Notes under the pieces: model-generated | Database searches by the model: none | The model's input: only the letters and a program-made list of their open reading frames with translations | Told to the model about the DNA's origin: nothing | Made by a program: the position numbers and the translations under genes | DNA from: Lentimicrobiaceae bacterium | GTDB taxonomy: Bacteria; Bacteroidota; Bacteroidia; Bacteroidales; UBA4417 | Assembly (NCBI GenBank): GCA_031550085.1 | Contig: JAVBOY010000004.1 | Span: 306-64,305, forward strand | Direction of reading: 5' to 3' | Length of the DNA stretch: 64,000 nt | Shown here: positions 36,672-47,180 of the stretch, one piece after another | Layout of the letters: each line of letters begins with the position of its first letter | Numbering within the stretch: position 1 is the stretch's first letter

Positions 36672-37369
36672 GGGGGTATAAGTGAAGTGTGAAACGTGAA
36701 GGGTGAAAGGTGAAAGGTTTTTTGTTGAGTTGTTGAATCGTTGAATTGTTTATTTTTAAAAGGTGAAATAGGGGAAACTGGGGAAATGGTTGTTGTGTTA
36801 GTTTGAACTGAATAGGATAATTTAATCTAATAGTATTCTATTTTAATTGCACAATGTATTTAAGTGAGATGTGAAGCGTGAAGGGTGGAATGCTTGTTTG
36901 TTGAACTGTTGAATCGTTGAGTTGTTTATTGATGAAATTCAATTTTTCACTTTTAATTCTTAATTTAGAGGGGAAAGGGATTTCTCCATTTCGCTTCGCT
37001 CCAGTCGAAATGACTCGGAATTCATCATTAAAACATTCACTTTCCATTTTCAATTCTCCATTTTCAATTGAAATGCCTTCTGCTTTTTCCTTTCTGCTAT
37101 CATAAGGTTACACAGAGTATCGCAGAGAATTCACAGAGTCACACAGAGATTCGTTGTAAACTCGTTAACTAAAAGCTTATTCGTAATTTTCCACTTTCCA
37201 TTTTCAATTCTCCATTTTCAATTGAAATGCCTTCTGATTTTTTCTTTATGCTAAAAAGAGTTACACAGAGATCACTGAGAATTCACAGAGTCTCACAGAG
37301 ATTCGTTGTAAACTCGTTAACTAAAAGCTTATTCGTAATTTTCAACTTTCCACTTTCAATTTTCAATTA
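36672..37369. repeat. Micro-repeat mosaic, locus C, including a tandem duplication of about 153 bp
   Basis: GTGAA heptamers, TGTTGAA octamers, AT-rich box 36816-36853, GATTTCTCC..GTCGAAATGAC 36977-37014, duplicated units starting at 37041 and 37195. Confidence 0.9.
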
Positions 37370-40183
37370 TTAGTGCGCTTCCAGCCAGTTGCTTCCGGTA
37401 TTTACATCTACTTCTACGGGTACTTGCAGCGGCAAAGCATTCATCATCCTGTTTTTTACCAAAGTTTTTACCGTTTCCAATTCGGGTTTGTAAACGTCAA
37501 ATACCAATTCGTCGTGCACCTGCAAAATCATGCGGCTTTTCAGGTTTTTGTCCAAAATATCGTTGTGAATGTCGATCATGGCCAGCTTGATCATATCGGC
37601 AGCCGATCCCTGAATGGGTGCATTGATGGCGTTGCGTTCTGCAAAGCCGCGTACCATCGAGTTGGCGGAATTGATGTCGTTAATGTAACGGCGGCGTCCT
37701 TTAATAGTTTCCACATAGCCTTTTTGGCGTGCCGAGGCAATGGTGGTTTCCATGTATTGCTTGATTTTAGGAAACTTCAAAAAATACTGATCGATCATTT
37801 CCTGGGCTTCCTTGCGGGCAATGCCGAGCTGTTCACCCAACCCGAATGCTGAAATTCCGTAGATAATGCCGAAATTCACGCTTTTGGCATGGCGGCGCTG
37901 GTCTTTGGTGACTTCTTCAGGTGCAATGCCGAAAATATTGGCTGCCGTAGCCGTATGAATATCCATACCCGACGTAAAAGCATTCATCATCCCCTCATCG
38001 CCGCTTACCGAAGCAATAATGCGTAATTCGATCTGCGAATAATCGGCGGCCAGAAGCGTAAATTCTTCGCTGCGGGGAACAAAAGCCTTGCGTATTTCGC
38101 GCCCTTTTTCGGTACGGATGGGAATATTCTGCAAATTGGGGTTGTTGGAACTCAAACGTCCGGTTGCAGCCACCGCCTGGTTGTACGAAGTATGGACGTG
38201 CCCGGTTTGCTTGTTGACCAAAGCCGGCAAAGCATCCACATACGTGGATTTCAGTTTCACCAGCGAGCGGTAATCCAGAATAAGCTGTACAATGGGGTGT
38301 TTGTGCGCCAGCTTGGTCAACACATCTTCAGCCGTGGAATATTGCTTGGTTGCTGTTTTTTTCGCGGTATCGCTGATTTTCAAATGTTCGAACAAAATCT
38401 TGCCCAATTGCTGGGGGGAATTGATGTTGAAATGCGTTCCGGCCTGTTCCCAGATTTGATCCTGAATTTGAATGATTTCTTTCCCCAATCCGTCCGAAAA
38501 ATCGGCCAGCGCTTGGGTATCAAGGCGGATTCCTTCGTTTTCCATACCTGCTAACACGGGAACCAAAGGCATTTCGATGGTTTCGAAAACGGGTCTGGCG
38601 CCCATCTCTACCAGTTTAGGGGCAAAGGTTTGTTGCAATTGCAACGTGATGTCGGCATCTTCCGCTGCATATTCCGCTACCAGCTCCACGGGAACGTTGC
38701 GGATGGGCAGTTGTTGCTTGCCTTTTTTGCCCACCAGTTCGTCGTACGAAATGGGACGGTACCCCAAATAGCTTTCCGACAGCAAATCCATGTTGTGGCG
38801 CATATCCGGTTGCAGCAGGTAATGTGCGAGCATGGTATCGAAGGTTTTGCCTTTTACTTCGATGCCGTATTTTTTCAAAATCGCCAGATCGTATTTCAGG
38901 TTTTGGGCTACTTTTTCGCTCTTTTCATTTTCAAATACCTCACGGAAGCGGGAAAGCAGTTGCTGTGCTTCGGCCTGATTTTCGGAAACGGGAATGTAAT
39001 AGGCTTCGTGCGGTTTGACGGCAAACGAAAAGCCCACAATTTCGGCATTCAGCACATCCAGGTCGGTGGTTTCGGTATCGAAACAAAACAACGGCGCTTT
39101 TGCCAATACTTGGAGCAAGCCGGTTAGTTTTTCTTCGGTATCCACCAAAATATACTGATGTTCCGTGTTTTTAACGGTTCTCAGGTTTTCGGAAAAATCA
39201 AAACCCGGCGCTGCGTTTTCCTGAACCTGGGAAAATAAATCTACCTGCGTGTTGTTGCTTTGCGATTTCGAAGTTTCGGCTTTTTGCGGAAGCTCGCCTG
39301 CTTTCAGGCTCAGATCGGTAAACACCCGTTTGGCGAACGTCCGGAATTCCAATTCATCGAGCAATTCCTTGAGTTCGTCTTTTTTGGGTTCGCCCAAATG
39401 CAGGTTTTCTTCATGAAATTCAATGGGAACATCCAAAATGATGGTTGCCAGCATTTTAGATTGAATGGCCGATTCCCGCCCCTGCTCCACTTTTTCGCGA
39501 AGTTTTTCGTTTTTGATCTCCAAAGTGTTTTTTAAAACATTGTCAAGGGTTCCGAATTGACGGAGCAAATCGCGGGCGCCTTTTGGGCCCACTCCTTTGA
39601 TGCCGGGGAAATTGTCGGCCGAATCTCCGCAAATGGCCAATACGTCAATCACCTGGATCGGATTGTCGATGCCGAATTTTTCGCATACTTCGGCAACGCC
39701 CAGAATCTCGGCTTTCTCGCCGTTCTTTGCGGGTTTATAAATGCGGATGTTTTCCGAAACCAACTGCCCGAAATCTTTATCCGGCGTCACCATATAAACC
39801 TGATAGCCGCTTTCTTCGGCTTCTTTTGCCAGCGTGCCGATCACATCGTCGGCTTCGTATCCGTCGACTTCCAGAATAGGAATGTCAAACGCCCGGATCA
39901 GCCGCTTGATATAAGGAATGGATGCCGAAAGGTCTTCGGGCATTTTTTCACGGTTGGCTTTGTATTCGGAAAATTCTTCGTGCCGCGCCGTGGGGGCATG
40001 CGTATCAAAAGCCACGCCCAAGTGGGTGGGATTTTCGTTTTTGATTAAATCGTACAACGTATTGGCAAAGCCTAAAATAGCCGAAGTATTCAGGCCTTTT
40101 GAGGTGAAACGCGGATTGCGCTGCATGGCGAAAAAGGCACGGTACACCAGCGCCATTCCATCGAGTAGAAAGAGTTTCTTCAC
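37370..40183 (-). CDS. polA: DNA polymerase I
   Basis: 5'-3' exonuclease (LLDGMAL, YKANR, EADD), 3'-5' exonuclease (FDTETT), polymerase motifs DYSQIELR, KSVNFGIIYG, QVHDEL; GTG 40183 preferred as start. Confidence 0.97.
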   Translation of the reverse strand: MKKLFLLDGMALVYRAFFAMQRNPRFTSKGLNTSAILGFANTLYDLIKNENPTHLGVAFDTHAPTARHEEFSEYKANREKMPEDLSASIPYIKRLIRAFDIPILEVDGYEADDVIGTLAKEAEESGYQVYMVTPDKDFGQLVSENIRIYKPAKNGEKAEILGVAEVCEKFGIDNPIQVIDVLAICGDSADNFPGIKGVGPKGARDLLRQFGTLDNVLKNTLEIKNEKLREKVEQGRESAIQSKMLATIILDVPIEFHEENLHLGEPKKDELKELLDELEFRTFAKRVFTDLSLKAGELPQKAETSKSQSNNTQVDLFSQVQENAAPGFDFSENLRTVKNTEHQYILVDTEEKLTGLLQVLAKAPLFCFDTETTDLDVLNAEIVGFSFAVKPHEAYYIPVSENQAEAQQLLSRFREVFENEKSEKVAQNLKYDLAILKKYGIEVKGKTFDTMLAHYLLQPDMRHNMDLLSESYLGYRPISYDELVGKKGKQQLPIRNVPVELVAEYAAEDADITLQLQQTFAPKLVEMGARPVFETIEMPLVPVLAGMENEGIRLDTQALADFSDGLGKEIIQIQDQIWEQAGTHFNINSPQQLGKILFEHLKISDTAKKTATKQYSTAEDVLTKLAHKHPIVQLILDYRSLVKLKSTYVDALPALVNKQTGHVHTSYNQAVAATGRLSSNNPNLQNIPIRTEKGREIRKAFVPRSEEFTLLAADYSQIELRIIASVSGDEGMMNAFTSGMDIHTATAANIFGIAPEEVTKDQRRHAKSVNFGIIYGISAFGLGEQLGIARKEAQEMIDQYFLKFPKIKQYMETTIASARQKGYVETIKGRRRYINDINSANSMVRGFAERNAINAPIQGSAADMIKLAMIDIHNDILDKNLKSRMILQVHDELVFDVYKPELETVKTLVKNRMMNALPLQVPVEVDVNTGSNWLEAH

Positions 40184-40213
40184 GGTATGTTGTATTTTTT
40201 GAAAATCGGGCTC

Positions 40214-40221
40214 CAAAGGTA
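40214..40221 (-). promoter_or_regulatory. -7 promoter box TACCTTTG for polA
   Basis: Perfect TAnnTTTG; it overlaps the ORF-track TTG start, which supports the downstream GTG. Confidence 0.6.
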
Positions 40222-40254
40222 GCTAAAATCAGGCATGATGAAAAGCCGAAAAGC

Positions 40255-41916
40255 CTATTCCAATGCCAATTTATTCATATAGAACACGGTGCGTTTGTCC
40301 TGATCCAAATGGTTGTTGCGGATGGTTTGATAACCATAGGCTAAAAAATATTTCCCGTACCAGGGTACAATGCTTCCCAAATATTCGTTGACTACCTGAT
40401 CGGTTCCGCGTTTGGCGGCAAGGTTCAGATAGGATGTTTTTTCCAATACATCGTCGTTGCTGACCACTTTCATGGATATTTTGCCGTTTACATTGGCAAA
40501 GATGGAAACCACATCGTCTTCCTGGACAAAATTCATTTTTTGATTGATAAAACTTGTGGTTATTCCGCGTATTTCGGCGCCGTTATCCCAAAGCAAATCT
40601 CCTTTTTTGTCGAATCCGAGTAAAAAACCGCCGTCGTATTTGTATCCGTCGAAAACGGGATAAGATGTCGGATAAGCCCGTCCGTAATAATCATAATTCA
40701 TGGTGGTTGCCATATGGTATTGAGCCGAATAAAGTTCCGAGAATAAAAAAACAGTATCATCCTGCATTTGAGGACTGTGCATCAAAACGCGGTAGTTGAG
40801 CGAGTTTTTGGATCCTTCATCTTTCGCTGTCAGCGTGTCCCGCTCGGTTTTGCCCCGTTTTGAAACCACTTTCCGGGAACCTAACTGTGAAACAGCCCGC
40901 AAGGCCGTATTGAGAGAAATCAGGCTGCTGTACTTTACCGGTGATTGGTTGGCCGTACCGATCACTGCCGTAAAGAAGCCATCGGTAACGGGACGCAAAT
41001 CGGGATCCTGGATAATTTGTTGCTGGCGATTGTACCAACTGTTATAATAATAGGGATTGTAATAATTGTAATTGTCGTAATAACTGTCTTCGCGGCGGTT
41101 ACTCGAAGCATATCCGTATGTTCCAACCAAAATACCCTGGCTGAATCCATGAGGAACAAACTGGGCTTCGTTTACAATACGCCGTTCGTCTTCGTAGCCC
41201 AATTGAATGGCTCGCTGCAAGGAAAATACAGGCGAATATTCGTTGATAAACAGGCTGTTTTTATTAGCGGTTTTTTGCGTTTTGTAAGTAACAAAAATTT
41301 GAGGGTGGACGGTATCCACTGCAATATCCAAAATCGTTGCATCATTTCTGGCAGCAAGATCTAAATTCACTTTTTCGCCTGTTTGCAAGGAAACGCCAAT
41401 CACTCCGGCATCGCCTTTCCGGACATTATACCCAACCAGCGCCGCGTTTTTGTAAATCTTGAAATCCGCTACCTGCACTTTTTGTGGAAGCGCCGATTGC
41501 CGCTCTATCAACGTTTTTTTATCTAATCTATAACTAAGAATGCTTAGGTTGTTTTTTTCTTTATCGGCTTTGGTATCGTGAAACAGGATGTAAGCCGTCC
41601 TATCGATATAAATTCCTTTGATAAAACTGGCATTATCGGATAAAATAATCTTTTTCTGTCCGGCTTCTTTTAAATTGCGGTCGTACTGGAAAAGAACCCA
41701 TACCAGGCTGTCTTTGGCGCAAGGTTCCTGGGTCGGATAAATCAACAGGATGCCTTCATCGTTACACGACAGCGTGTTGAACGGGGCTGCTCCCATTCTT
41801 ACGGGAAGTTCTACACGAATGGGCTCGCTGCTTTGCGCAACGGAATGTAACGACAAGCTTAGCAGGCAAACGAATATAGCCAACAGACAGTAACGCATGT
41901 TCAATTTCCTTACCAT
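40255..41916 (-). CDS. Exported hypothetical protein
   Basis: 553 aa, signal peptide, internal Tyr/Asn-rich segment, WYGKYFLAYGYQTI C-terminal motif. Confidence 0.7.
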   Translation of the reverse strand: MVRKLNMRYCLLAIFVCLLSLSLHSVAQSSEPIRVELPVRMGAAPFNTLSCNDEGILLIYPTQEPCAKDSLVWVLFQYDRNLKEAGQKKIILSDNASFIKGIYIDRTAYILFHDTKADKEKNNLSILSYRLDKKTLIERQSALPQKVQVADFKIYKNAALVGYNVRKGDAGVIGVSLQTGEKVNLDLAARNDATILDIAVDTVHPQIFVTYKTQKTANKNSLFINEYSPVFSLQRAIQLGYEDERRIVNEAQFVPHGFSQGILVGTYGYASSNRREDSYYDNYNYYNPYYYNSWYNRQQQIIQDPDLRPVTDGFFTAVIGTANQSPVKYSSLISLNTALRAVSQLGSRKVVSKRGKTERDTLTAKDEGSKNSLNYRVLMHSPQMQDDTVFLFSELYSAQYHMATTMNYDYYGRAYPTSYPVFDGYKYDGGFLLGFDKKGDLLWDNGAEIRGITTSFINQKMNFVQEDDVVSIFANVNGKISMKVVSNDDVLEKTSYLNLAAKRGTDQVVNEYLGSIVPWYGKYFLAYGYQTIRNNHLDQDKRTVFYMNKLALE

Positions 41917-41992
41917 ATAAAAAACACAAGAAGGGTTTTGCCCTTTGAACCTTCAAAAATAAGCAATTTCCGGTTTATGGGTTTATCTAAAC

Positions 41993-42023
41993 AAAAAAAG
42001 CAGCCGCAAGGGCTGCCGTTTTT
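41993..42023 (-). terminator. Intrinsic terminator
   Basis: GCAGCC/GGCTGC stem flanked by A7 and T-rich tracts. Confidence 0.65.
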
Positions 42024-42036
42024 GTGTTAAAATAAT

Positions 42037-43566
42037 TTATTTTATCACGATCCTGGATGTTGATCTTGAACCCGTAACCTGATTTTGGAGCTCCACCATA
42101 TAAATTCCAGGTTTGAAATCGGTTACCTCCACTTGCTTGACCCGTTCGGCCATATCGGTACGCAGCATCACCAAGCCCTGCAAATTGTAAACGGTTAGTT
42201 TGCACGGCAGGAAGTCGTCCTTTTCGATCGAAAAACGGTCAACGCAAGGATTGGGGTAAACCGAACAGTTTGCTTCCAATTGTTTGGGTGCATCAAGAAT
42301 TCCAAATCCCATCAACGTAATGTTGTCCAAGCGCCAAAGCGATCCATTGAGATTGGTAGAAGTGTATTGAAATGCCAAACGGTAAACTTTTCCGGCTTCC
42401 CCTGTAAATTTCACATCGCCCGAATTCGTCCAGATCAAATTTCCGGGGCTTGCGGTAAAGGAAAGCGGATACCAGGTAGTGGTAGCCGGGTTTCCGGTAT
42501 AGTTATCGGTAATAAACAGTTTCAACATGTCGCCGGAATAATTATAGGCATTATCAAACCGCAGGGTCAAGTCGTGCGTAGACTCCGGAATAAAGTCCGG
42601 CGAGATCAGCCAGTCTTCATTGGCGTTATTCACTCCTTGAAAGCCGTTCATCTGAACACAGGGAGATCCGTCTGGCCCCCCAGCCGAATTTACCATCCAT
42701 TTTTGATCTCCAAGCAAGCTAACGGCAAACCAGCCCCGCCAATCGGAAGTGGACCAATCCTGGAATAAAATGAAATCACCGATGGTGATGTAAGTAGTTT
42801 TGGTCATATCATCCGTGGCCGTACCATTGGAAACAGCCAGGGTCACGTCATAAGCTCCCTGCATGGTAAAGGTAAATGAAGGGTTTTGTGCTGCGGAATG
42901 AAACGTTTCAGGACCGGTAACTGTCCATTCCCATGAAACAGGATGTCCCGAAGAAACATCGGTAAAGTGAATTTCCATACCCGAGGTTCCGAATGTCTTA
43001 TCGGCCACAAAATCAGCCGTAAGCGCCGGTTCCCCGGCAGCTACCATTTCCACATCATCAATTACAACGTTTTCGCCGGAGGTGGCTTTGATGGAAAAAA
43101 TAAGCTCGGCATTGTTCACCGTTTGCGGAGCAACCACTGTTTGTTGGTGTTGCATCCATGTGCTTGTTGCCTGAACGTAAGTATTGTAAATATAATTATT
43201 CGCATCCGTGCCTAATCCGTCCCAAAGTCCGGTGCGGACCTCGCCCGACCCGCGAAGCCAAAATTTCACCCTGTAGGTTTGTCCTCCTTGTACGCTTAAC
43301 GATGCAGAGGTAAAGCGTTTGTGATTGGTTGTTGCATTGATCAACTGGCACGCAGAGGTACCGCCATGGACATTGGTTGTATATTGCAAAACTGACCCGG
43401 CATCCAAATTGGTTTTTGATCCGGACCAGGCATCCGGTTTACCGGCCGTCCAGGTTTCAAAACCCGGATTATCCAATCTATTTTGCGATATCGCCGGAAT
43501 GGAAAAGCTAAACAACAAAAAGCTAAACCATGTAATAAAAAGAGGTTTCCGTGTAAAATTCTTCAT
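42037..43566 (-). CDS. T9SS-secreted protein: CBM4/9-like domain, PKD domain, cleaved-adhesin/DUF5017-like domain, CTD
   Basis: NPGFETW; ADF.AD..G..IHFTD.S.G.P.SWEW PKD motif; ANEDWLISP; CTD VYPNPCVD..GIYMV. Confidence 0.75.
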   Translation of the reverse strand: MKNFTRKPLFITWFSFLLFSFSIPAISQNRLDNPGFETWTAGKPDAWSGSKTNLDAGSVLQYTTNVHGGTSACQLINATTNHKRFTSASLSVQGGQTYRVKFWLRGSGEVRTGLWDGLGTDANNYIYNTYVQATSTWMQHQQTVVAPQTVNNAELIFSIKATSGENVVIDDVEMVAAGEPALTADFVADKTFGTSGMEIHFTDVSSGHPVSWEWTVTGPETFHSAAQNPSFTFTMQGAYDVTLAVSNGTATDDMTKTTYITIGDFILFQDWSTSDWRGWFAVSLLGDQKWMVNSAGGPDGSPCVQMNGFQGVNNANEDWLISPDFIPESTHDLTLRFDNAYNYSGDMLKLFITDNYTGNPATTTWYPLSFTASPGNLIWTNSGDVKFTGEAGKVYRLAFQYTSTNLNGSLWRLDNITLMGFGILDAPKQLEANCSVYPNPCVDRFSIEKDDFLPCKLTVYNLQGLVMLRTDMAERVKQVEVTDFKPGIYMVELQNQVTGSRSTSRIVIK

Positions 43567-43882
43567 GATGTTTCTTTTTAATGGTTATTCAAAACAGGTT
43601 ATATAAAATAGCTCGTAAAGTTACAGATATTATTTTTTTCGTGTTCCAAAAATTTTCTCAAGATATTTATCTTTTAGGGAATTTATTCCTTCCAAGGCAG
43701 TATTCTATTTTCAGGAATTATTTCATCAGCCCGGAAAGGCAAAGAATCACTTCAATGTTTTCCTGTTGTAGGAAAAGAATAAATGACTTCCCTTGGGTTA
43801 ATTAAGCGAATATCGTGCCAATATCAAATGGCGGGAAAAGGTTTTTAAACAATAAAGCTCCGAAATACCGATTAGCAAAGCG

Positions 43883-44374
43883 CTAGTAAAGATCTAAAAA
43901 TTCATAGGTATTGGTGGTCCAATCCATAAACCGCATAAAACCGGTATTTGATACGATTAAGGAGGCCGTGTTGACCAAAGGATGGAAACTCAGTCTGGGA
44001 GATTTTTTTAACTGGTCATCCAAAAAAACATGTACATGGTGTTCCGCATCGTTGATCAGGCCGAAAGGCGTAACGGAACCGGGTTTCACGCCCAAATATT
44101 TTTCCATGCGCTGTTCGGAGGCAAAGCTGATTTTACCCTGTTTCAGGCGTTTTTCCAAATCATGAATATCCAGGTTTTGCAACGCATTCAAGATCACCAA
44201 ATAATGCCGGTTCCCTTTGTGGTTCCGAAAAAACAAATTCTTGCAGTGCGTCGCCTCTTCGGGATTCCAAAATTTCATAACGTCCTCAATAGTGGGCGCC
44301 GGCGGGTGTTCCACATATTTAAAAGGAACCTGTAATTGTTCCAACAGTTCATACAGGCGAGGGTTTCCTTGCAT
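43883..44374 (-). CDS. YbaK/ProX-family aminoacyl-tRNA deacylase (PrdX-like)
   Basis: VEHPPAPT, HCKNLFFRN, LSFAS, LGVKPGSVTPFGL, FHPLVNTAS. Confidence 0.88.
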   Translation of the reverse strand: MQGNPRLYELLEQLQVPFKYVEHPPAPTIEDVMKFWNPEEATHCKNLFFRNHKGNRHYLVILNALQNLDIHDLEKRLKQGKISFASEQRMEKYLGVKPGSVTPFGLINDAEHHVHVFLDDQLKKSPRLSFHPLVNTASLIVSNTGFMRFMDWTTNTYEFLDLY

Positions 44375-44447
44375 TTTTTCTTTATTTACCAAAATCAAAA
44401 AGTGAAACGCAAACGGTTTTACGGATCACGTTTCACTTTCCGGGATG

Positions 44448-44455
44448 CAAAGCTA
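44448..44455 (-). promoter_or_regulatory. -7 promoter box TAGCTTTG upstream of the ProX gene
   Basis: Perfect TAnnTTTG immediately after the TBDR stop codon. Confidence 0.45.
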
Positions 44456-46867
44456 CTAATTTCCAAAATTACTCCGCAGCGAAACGGTTATATTCCGTCC
44501 CGGAGCGCTGATGCCGCTCGCAAAAACCCGGTAATGGGTATCCAGAATGTTTTCGATTCCTGCCTGCACGGAAAGCAAGCGGTGCAAACGCATGCCGGCA
44601 CGAAGGTTCAACGTCATCCAGGCCGGCGTTCCGTCAGCCGTAGCATAAGTCAGGTTGTCCTCGCCCGACGGGCTGTAATCTTTCAGGCGTTTCCAGCCGT
44701 TGTAACGCATATAAAGTTCGCTCCAAAATTTCTTTTGTTCAAACTTTACGGAAGTCAGTCCGATAACGGGAGGAATGTGGTCCATCGGAACATCCGATGA
44801 AGTGACCCTGCCGTAAGTATACGTCAGATTGCTGCAAACGCTCCATGCCGGCGTAATTTGTGCGGCCAGTCCGGCCTGAATTCCGGTTGTATAAGCTTTG
44901 GCTGCATTTACATTGGCTTGCACGGCACACAATGTTCCGTTGTATACAATGGAATCTTGCCCGTTAAACGTAAAAGGAGCCGTCACAATGGCTTGGTCCA
45001 AATAACAATAAAATCCGGTGCATTCGATTTTTAAAAAGTCGGAGAATGCTTTTCCGATCGTTATTTCTCCACTATAAGCATTTTCCGGTTTCAAATCAGG
45101 ATTGGGAACCATCACGGCTCCGGTAACGGTTTCGTTCAGTTTCCCCAAATCATCCACATTGGGCGCCCGGAAACCCGATGCCAAATTAAACGCCAGATGC
45201 CATTTGTTTTCCGTATTGTAAACCAATCCCAGGCTTCCGTTCAGCGCCGTGTTTTTCTCAATGATTTGCTTATCGAAAGGGAATTCCATCATGGCCATCA
45301 TTTCGTCCGAGTAATTGGCATTCAAATAGATGTAACTAAGCCGTATCCCCTGCAAAAACGTAAGCCGCGGTGTCAGTTGCCAGTTGTTTGTAGCGTAAGC
45401 AGCCAAATTGCTCATGTGATCGCCCCCATCGGGATACCGGGTAATGCCGGGTGTAATCGCGCCCGTGTTGATGTTTTCACTATACGCTTTTGACCTGACA
45501 TAATTGTACACGGCTTCCGCTCCATAGTGCAGCACATCATTTTTCCGTATGTTTTTCTCCAGGTCTAAATTCATGGAGAAGACATCCACGGTTTCTTCCT
45601 GATGGTCGCGTCCCGATTTTTGGAACTTGCGCTGGATGCGGTCTTCCGATATGTTTTGCCATGCAACGGTTGCTGTAAATTTGTCGTAAAGCAATGTCGG
45701 ATCGGTAAGGACACTTTGCAGGGAAACCAAACTCCGGAATTGCGGCCCGTAATACCATTCGGCAAATTTGGGCAGGTTTCCGCTGAGTAATGTCAGGCGG
45801 TCATAGCGCGGAATATCGCTGCTGTTGGATAGTTGCATGTTCAGCAGGAACGAATAGCCGGCTTTGGGTTTAAAAAGGAATTTCCCCAACAAATCGTATT
45901 GCGAATAGCCCGTATTTTTTTGGATCAACGGATCGGGATTGGCAAACATGCTGTCTCTGCCGTTTACCCGCTCAGTGTAGAACAAACATTTTCCCCAGTC
46001 GCCGTATTTCGACGGGCGGTTGGCGCCTTCGCGCAAATCGCCGATGTTTTTATAGGACGCGCTTACAAAAGCGGCCCATTTCTGCATTCCATAGTTCAAC
46101 GATACATTGCCCGCCATTTCATGGGCTGCCGAAGCATATTTTACCGAAGCATTGCCCCCGATCGCTGCTTTTGAATCAGCGCTCAAGCGGGGCGAACGGG
46201 TATAAAAGTGCATGACTCCACCCAAGGCATCGCTTCCATATACCACGGAACCGGGGCCATACGCCACTTCCACCCGCTCCAGATTGCCCGGATCGAGCGT
46301 GATGCTGTTTTGCAAATGCCCGGCCCGGTAAATGGCGTTGTTCATCCGCACGCCATCCACGACCAATAGGACACGGTTGCTTTCCATGCCGCGAAGCACC
46401 GGGCTTCCTCCGCCAAGCTGGCTGGTCTGCACAAATACATTGCCGGTTTGGGCCAATAATTCGGCAGCATTCTGAGGTGTTGCTTCTTCAATTTGGGTCT
46501 TCGAAAGAATATCAACACGCGAAGCGAGCTTGGTTTTGTCTTCTTCCGTCCGGTTTACCGAAAGCACCATTTCATCAAGCGTGATGACCGAGCGGATCAA
46601 GTATATTTTAGGTGTTTGCCGCAAATCGCCGGCTGCAACGTGGAGGGTTTTATATCCCAGATGGGAAATGGTTAATTGATCGGCCGGATTGAAAACGCTT
46701 AGTTCAAAGTACCCTTTGGAGTCCGTTACCACTTGTTTGGTTAAGGTTTGGTTTTTAACCGAAACGTTGGCCAGCGGTTGTTTTTGAGCTTGGTCGACAA
46801 TTTCTATCTTTTGGGAAAAAGAAAGGAGGGAAAGGAGCGAAAAGATCAGTGATAAAAATGTTTTCAT
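44456..46867 (-). CDS. TonB-dependent receptor (haem/iron-complex-receptor-like)
   Basis: Signal peptide, N-terminal extension, plug (GGGSPVLRG..NRVLLVVDGVR, RVEV..GPGSV.YGSDALGG), NPDLKPE, barrel C-terminus. Confidence 0.88.
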   Translation of the reverse strand: MKTFLSLIFSLLSLLSFSQKIEIVDQAQKQPLANVSVKNQTLTKQVVTDSKGYFELSVFNPADQLTISHLGYKTLHVAAGDLRQTPKIYLIRSVITLDEMVLSVNRTEEDKTKLASRVDILSKTQIEEATPQNAAELLAQTGNVFVQTSQLGGGSPVLRGMESNRVLLVVDGVRMNNAIYRAGHLQNSITLDPGNLERVEVAYGPGSVVYGSDALGGVMHFYTRSPRLSADSKAAIGGNASVKYASAAHEMAGNVSLNYGMQKWAAFVSASYKNIGDLREGANRPSKYGDWGKCLFYTERVNGRDSMFANPDPLIQKNTGYSQYDLLGKFLFKPKAGYSFLLNMQLSNSSDIPRYDRLTLLSGNLPKFAEWYYGPQFRSLVSLQSVLTDPTLLYDKFTATVAWQNISEDRIQRKFQKSGRDHQEETVDVFSMNLDLEKNIRKNDVLHYGAEAVYNYVRSKAYSENINTGAITPGITRYPDGGDHMSNLAAYATNNWQLTPRLTFLQGIRLSYIYLNANYSDEMMAMMEFPFDKQIIEKNTALNGSLGLVYNTENKWHLAFNLASGFRAPNVDDLGKLNETVTGAVMVPNPDLKPENAYSGEITIGKAFSDFLKIECTGFYCYLDQAIVTAPFTFNGQDSIVYNGTLCAVQANVNAAKAYTTGIQAGLAAQITPAWSVCSNLTYTYGRVTSSDVPMDHIPPVIGLTSVKFEQKKFWSELYMRYNGWKRLKDYSPSGEDNLTYATADGTPAWMTLNLRAGMRLHRLLSVQAGIENILDTHYRVFASGISAPGRNITVSLRSNFGN

Positions 46868-46886
46868 AATTATATTTTGAAGTTGC

Positions 46887-46894
46887 CAAATGTA
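46887..46894 (-). promoter_or_regulatory. -7 promoter box TACATTTG for the TBDR
   Basis: Perfect TAnnTTTG 20 nt upstream of the ATG. Confidence 0.6.
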
Positions 46895-47114
46895 AAAAAA
46901 GTTTAATTCTTTGATTCTTCCCTTCCGTTTGTTTTCGGGATTGAAGGATCGTTTTTAAGAAATTTTCTTTTTTGTAAACGGATACGTTTCGATAGCCGGA
47001 TTTATTAGTTTACTCAAAATATCATTTATGGATTGATACTTTTGTCTTTGTCCGCCTTGCCTGGCCTTTTCCCATTCTCTGCTTTTCAGGCATAAATTAT
47101 CCGGTATCATTTTT

Positions 47115-47122
47115 TATCTTTG
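47115..47122 (+). promoter_or_regulatory. -7 promoter box TATCTTTG for gcvP
   Basis: Perfect TAnnTTTG about 58 nt upstream of the ATG. Confidence 0.65.
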
Positions 47123-47180
47123 TGCGGAATTTCAAACCGGTGTAAACCGTAAATTATTAAACTATAAATCTTTAAGATAC

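Noticed and set aside
40184-40216. TTG start of polA at 40216
   Set aside because: It lies inside the -7 promoter box; GTG 40183 gives the typical (M)KKLFLLD start.
47123-47180. Glycine riboswitch upstream of gcvP
   Set aside because: The leader is only about 55 nt, AT-rich, and lacks GGAGA/GAAGG aptamer motifs.
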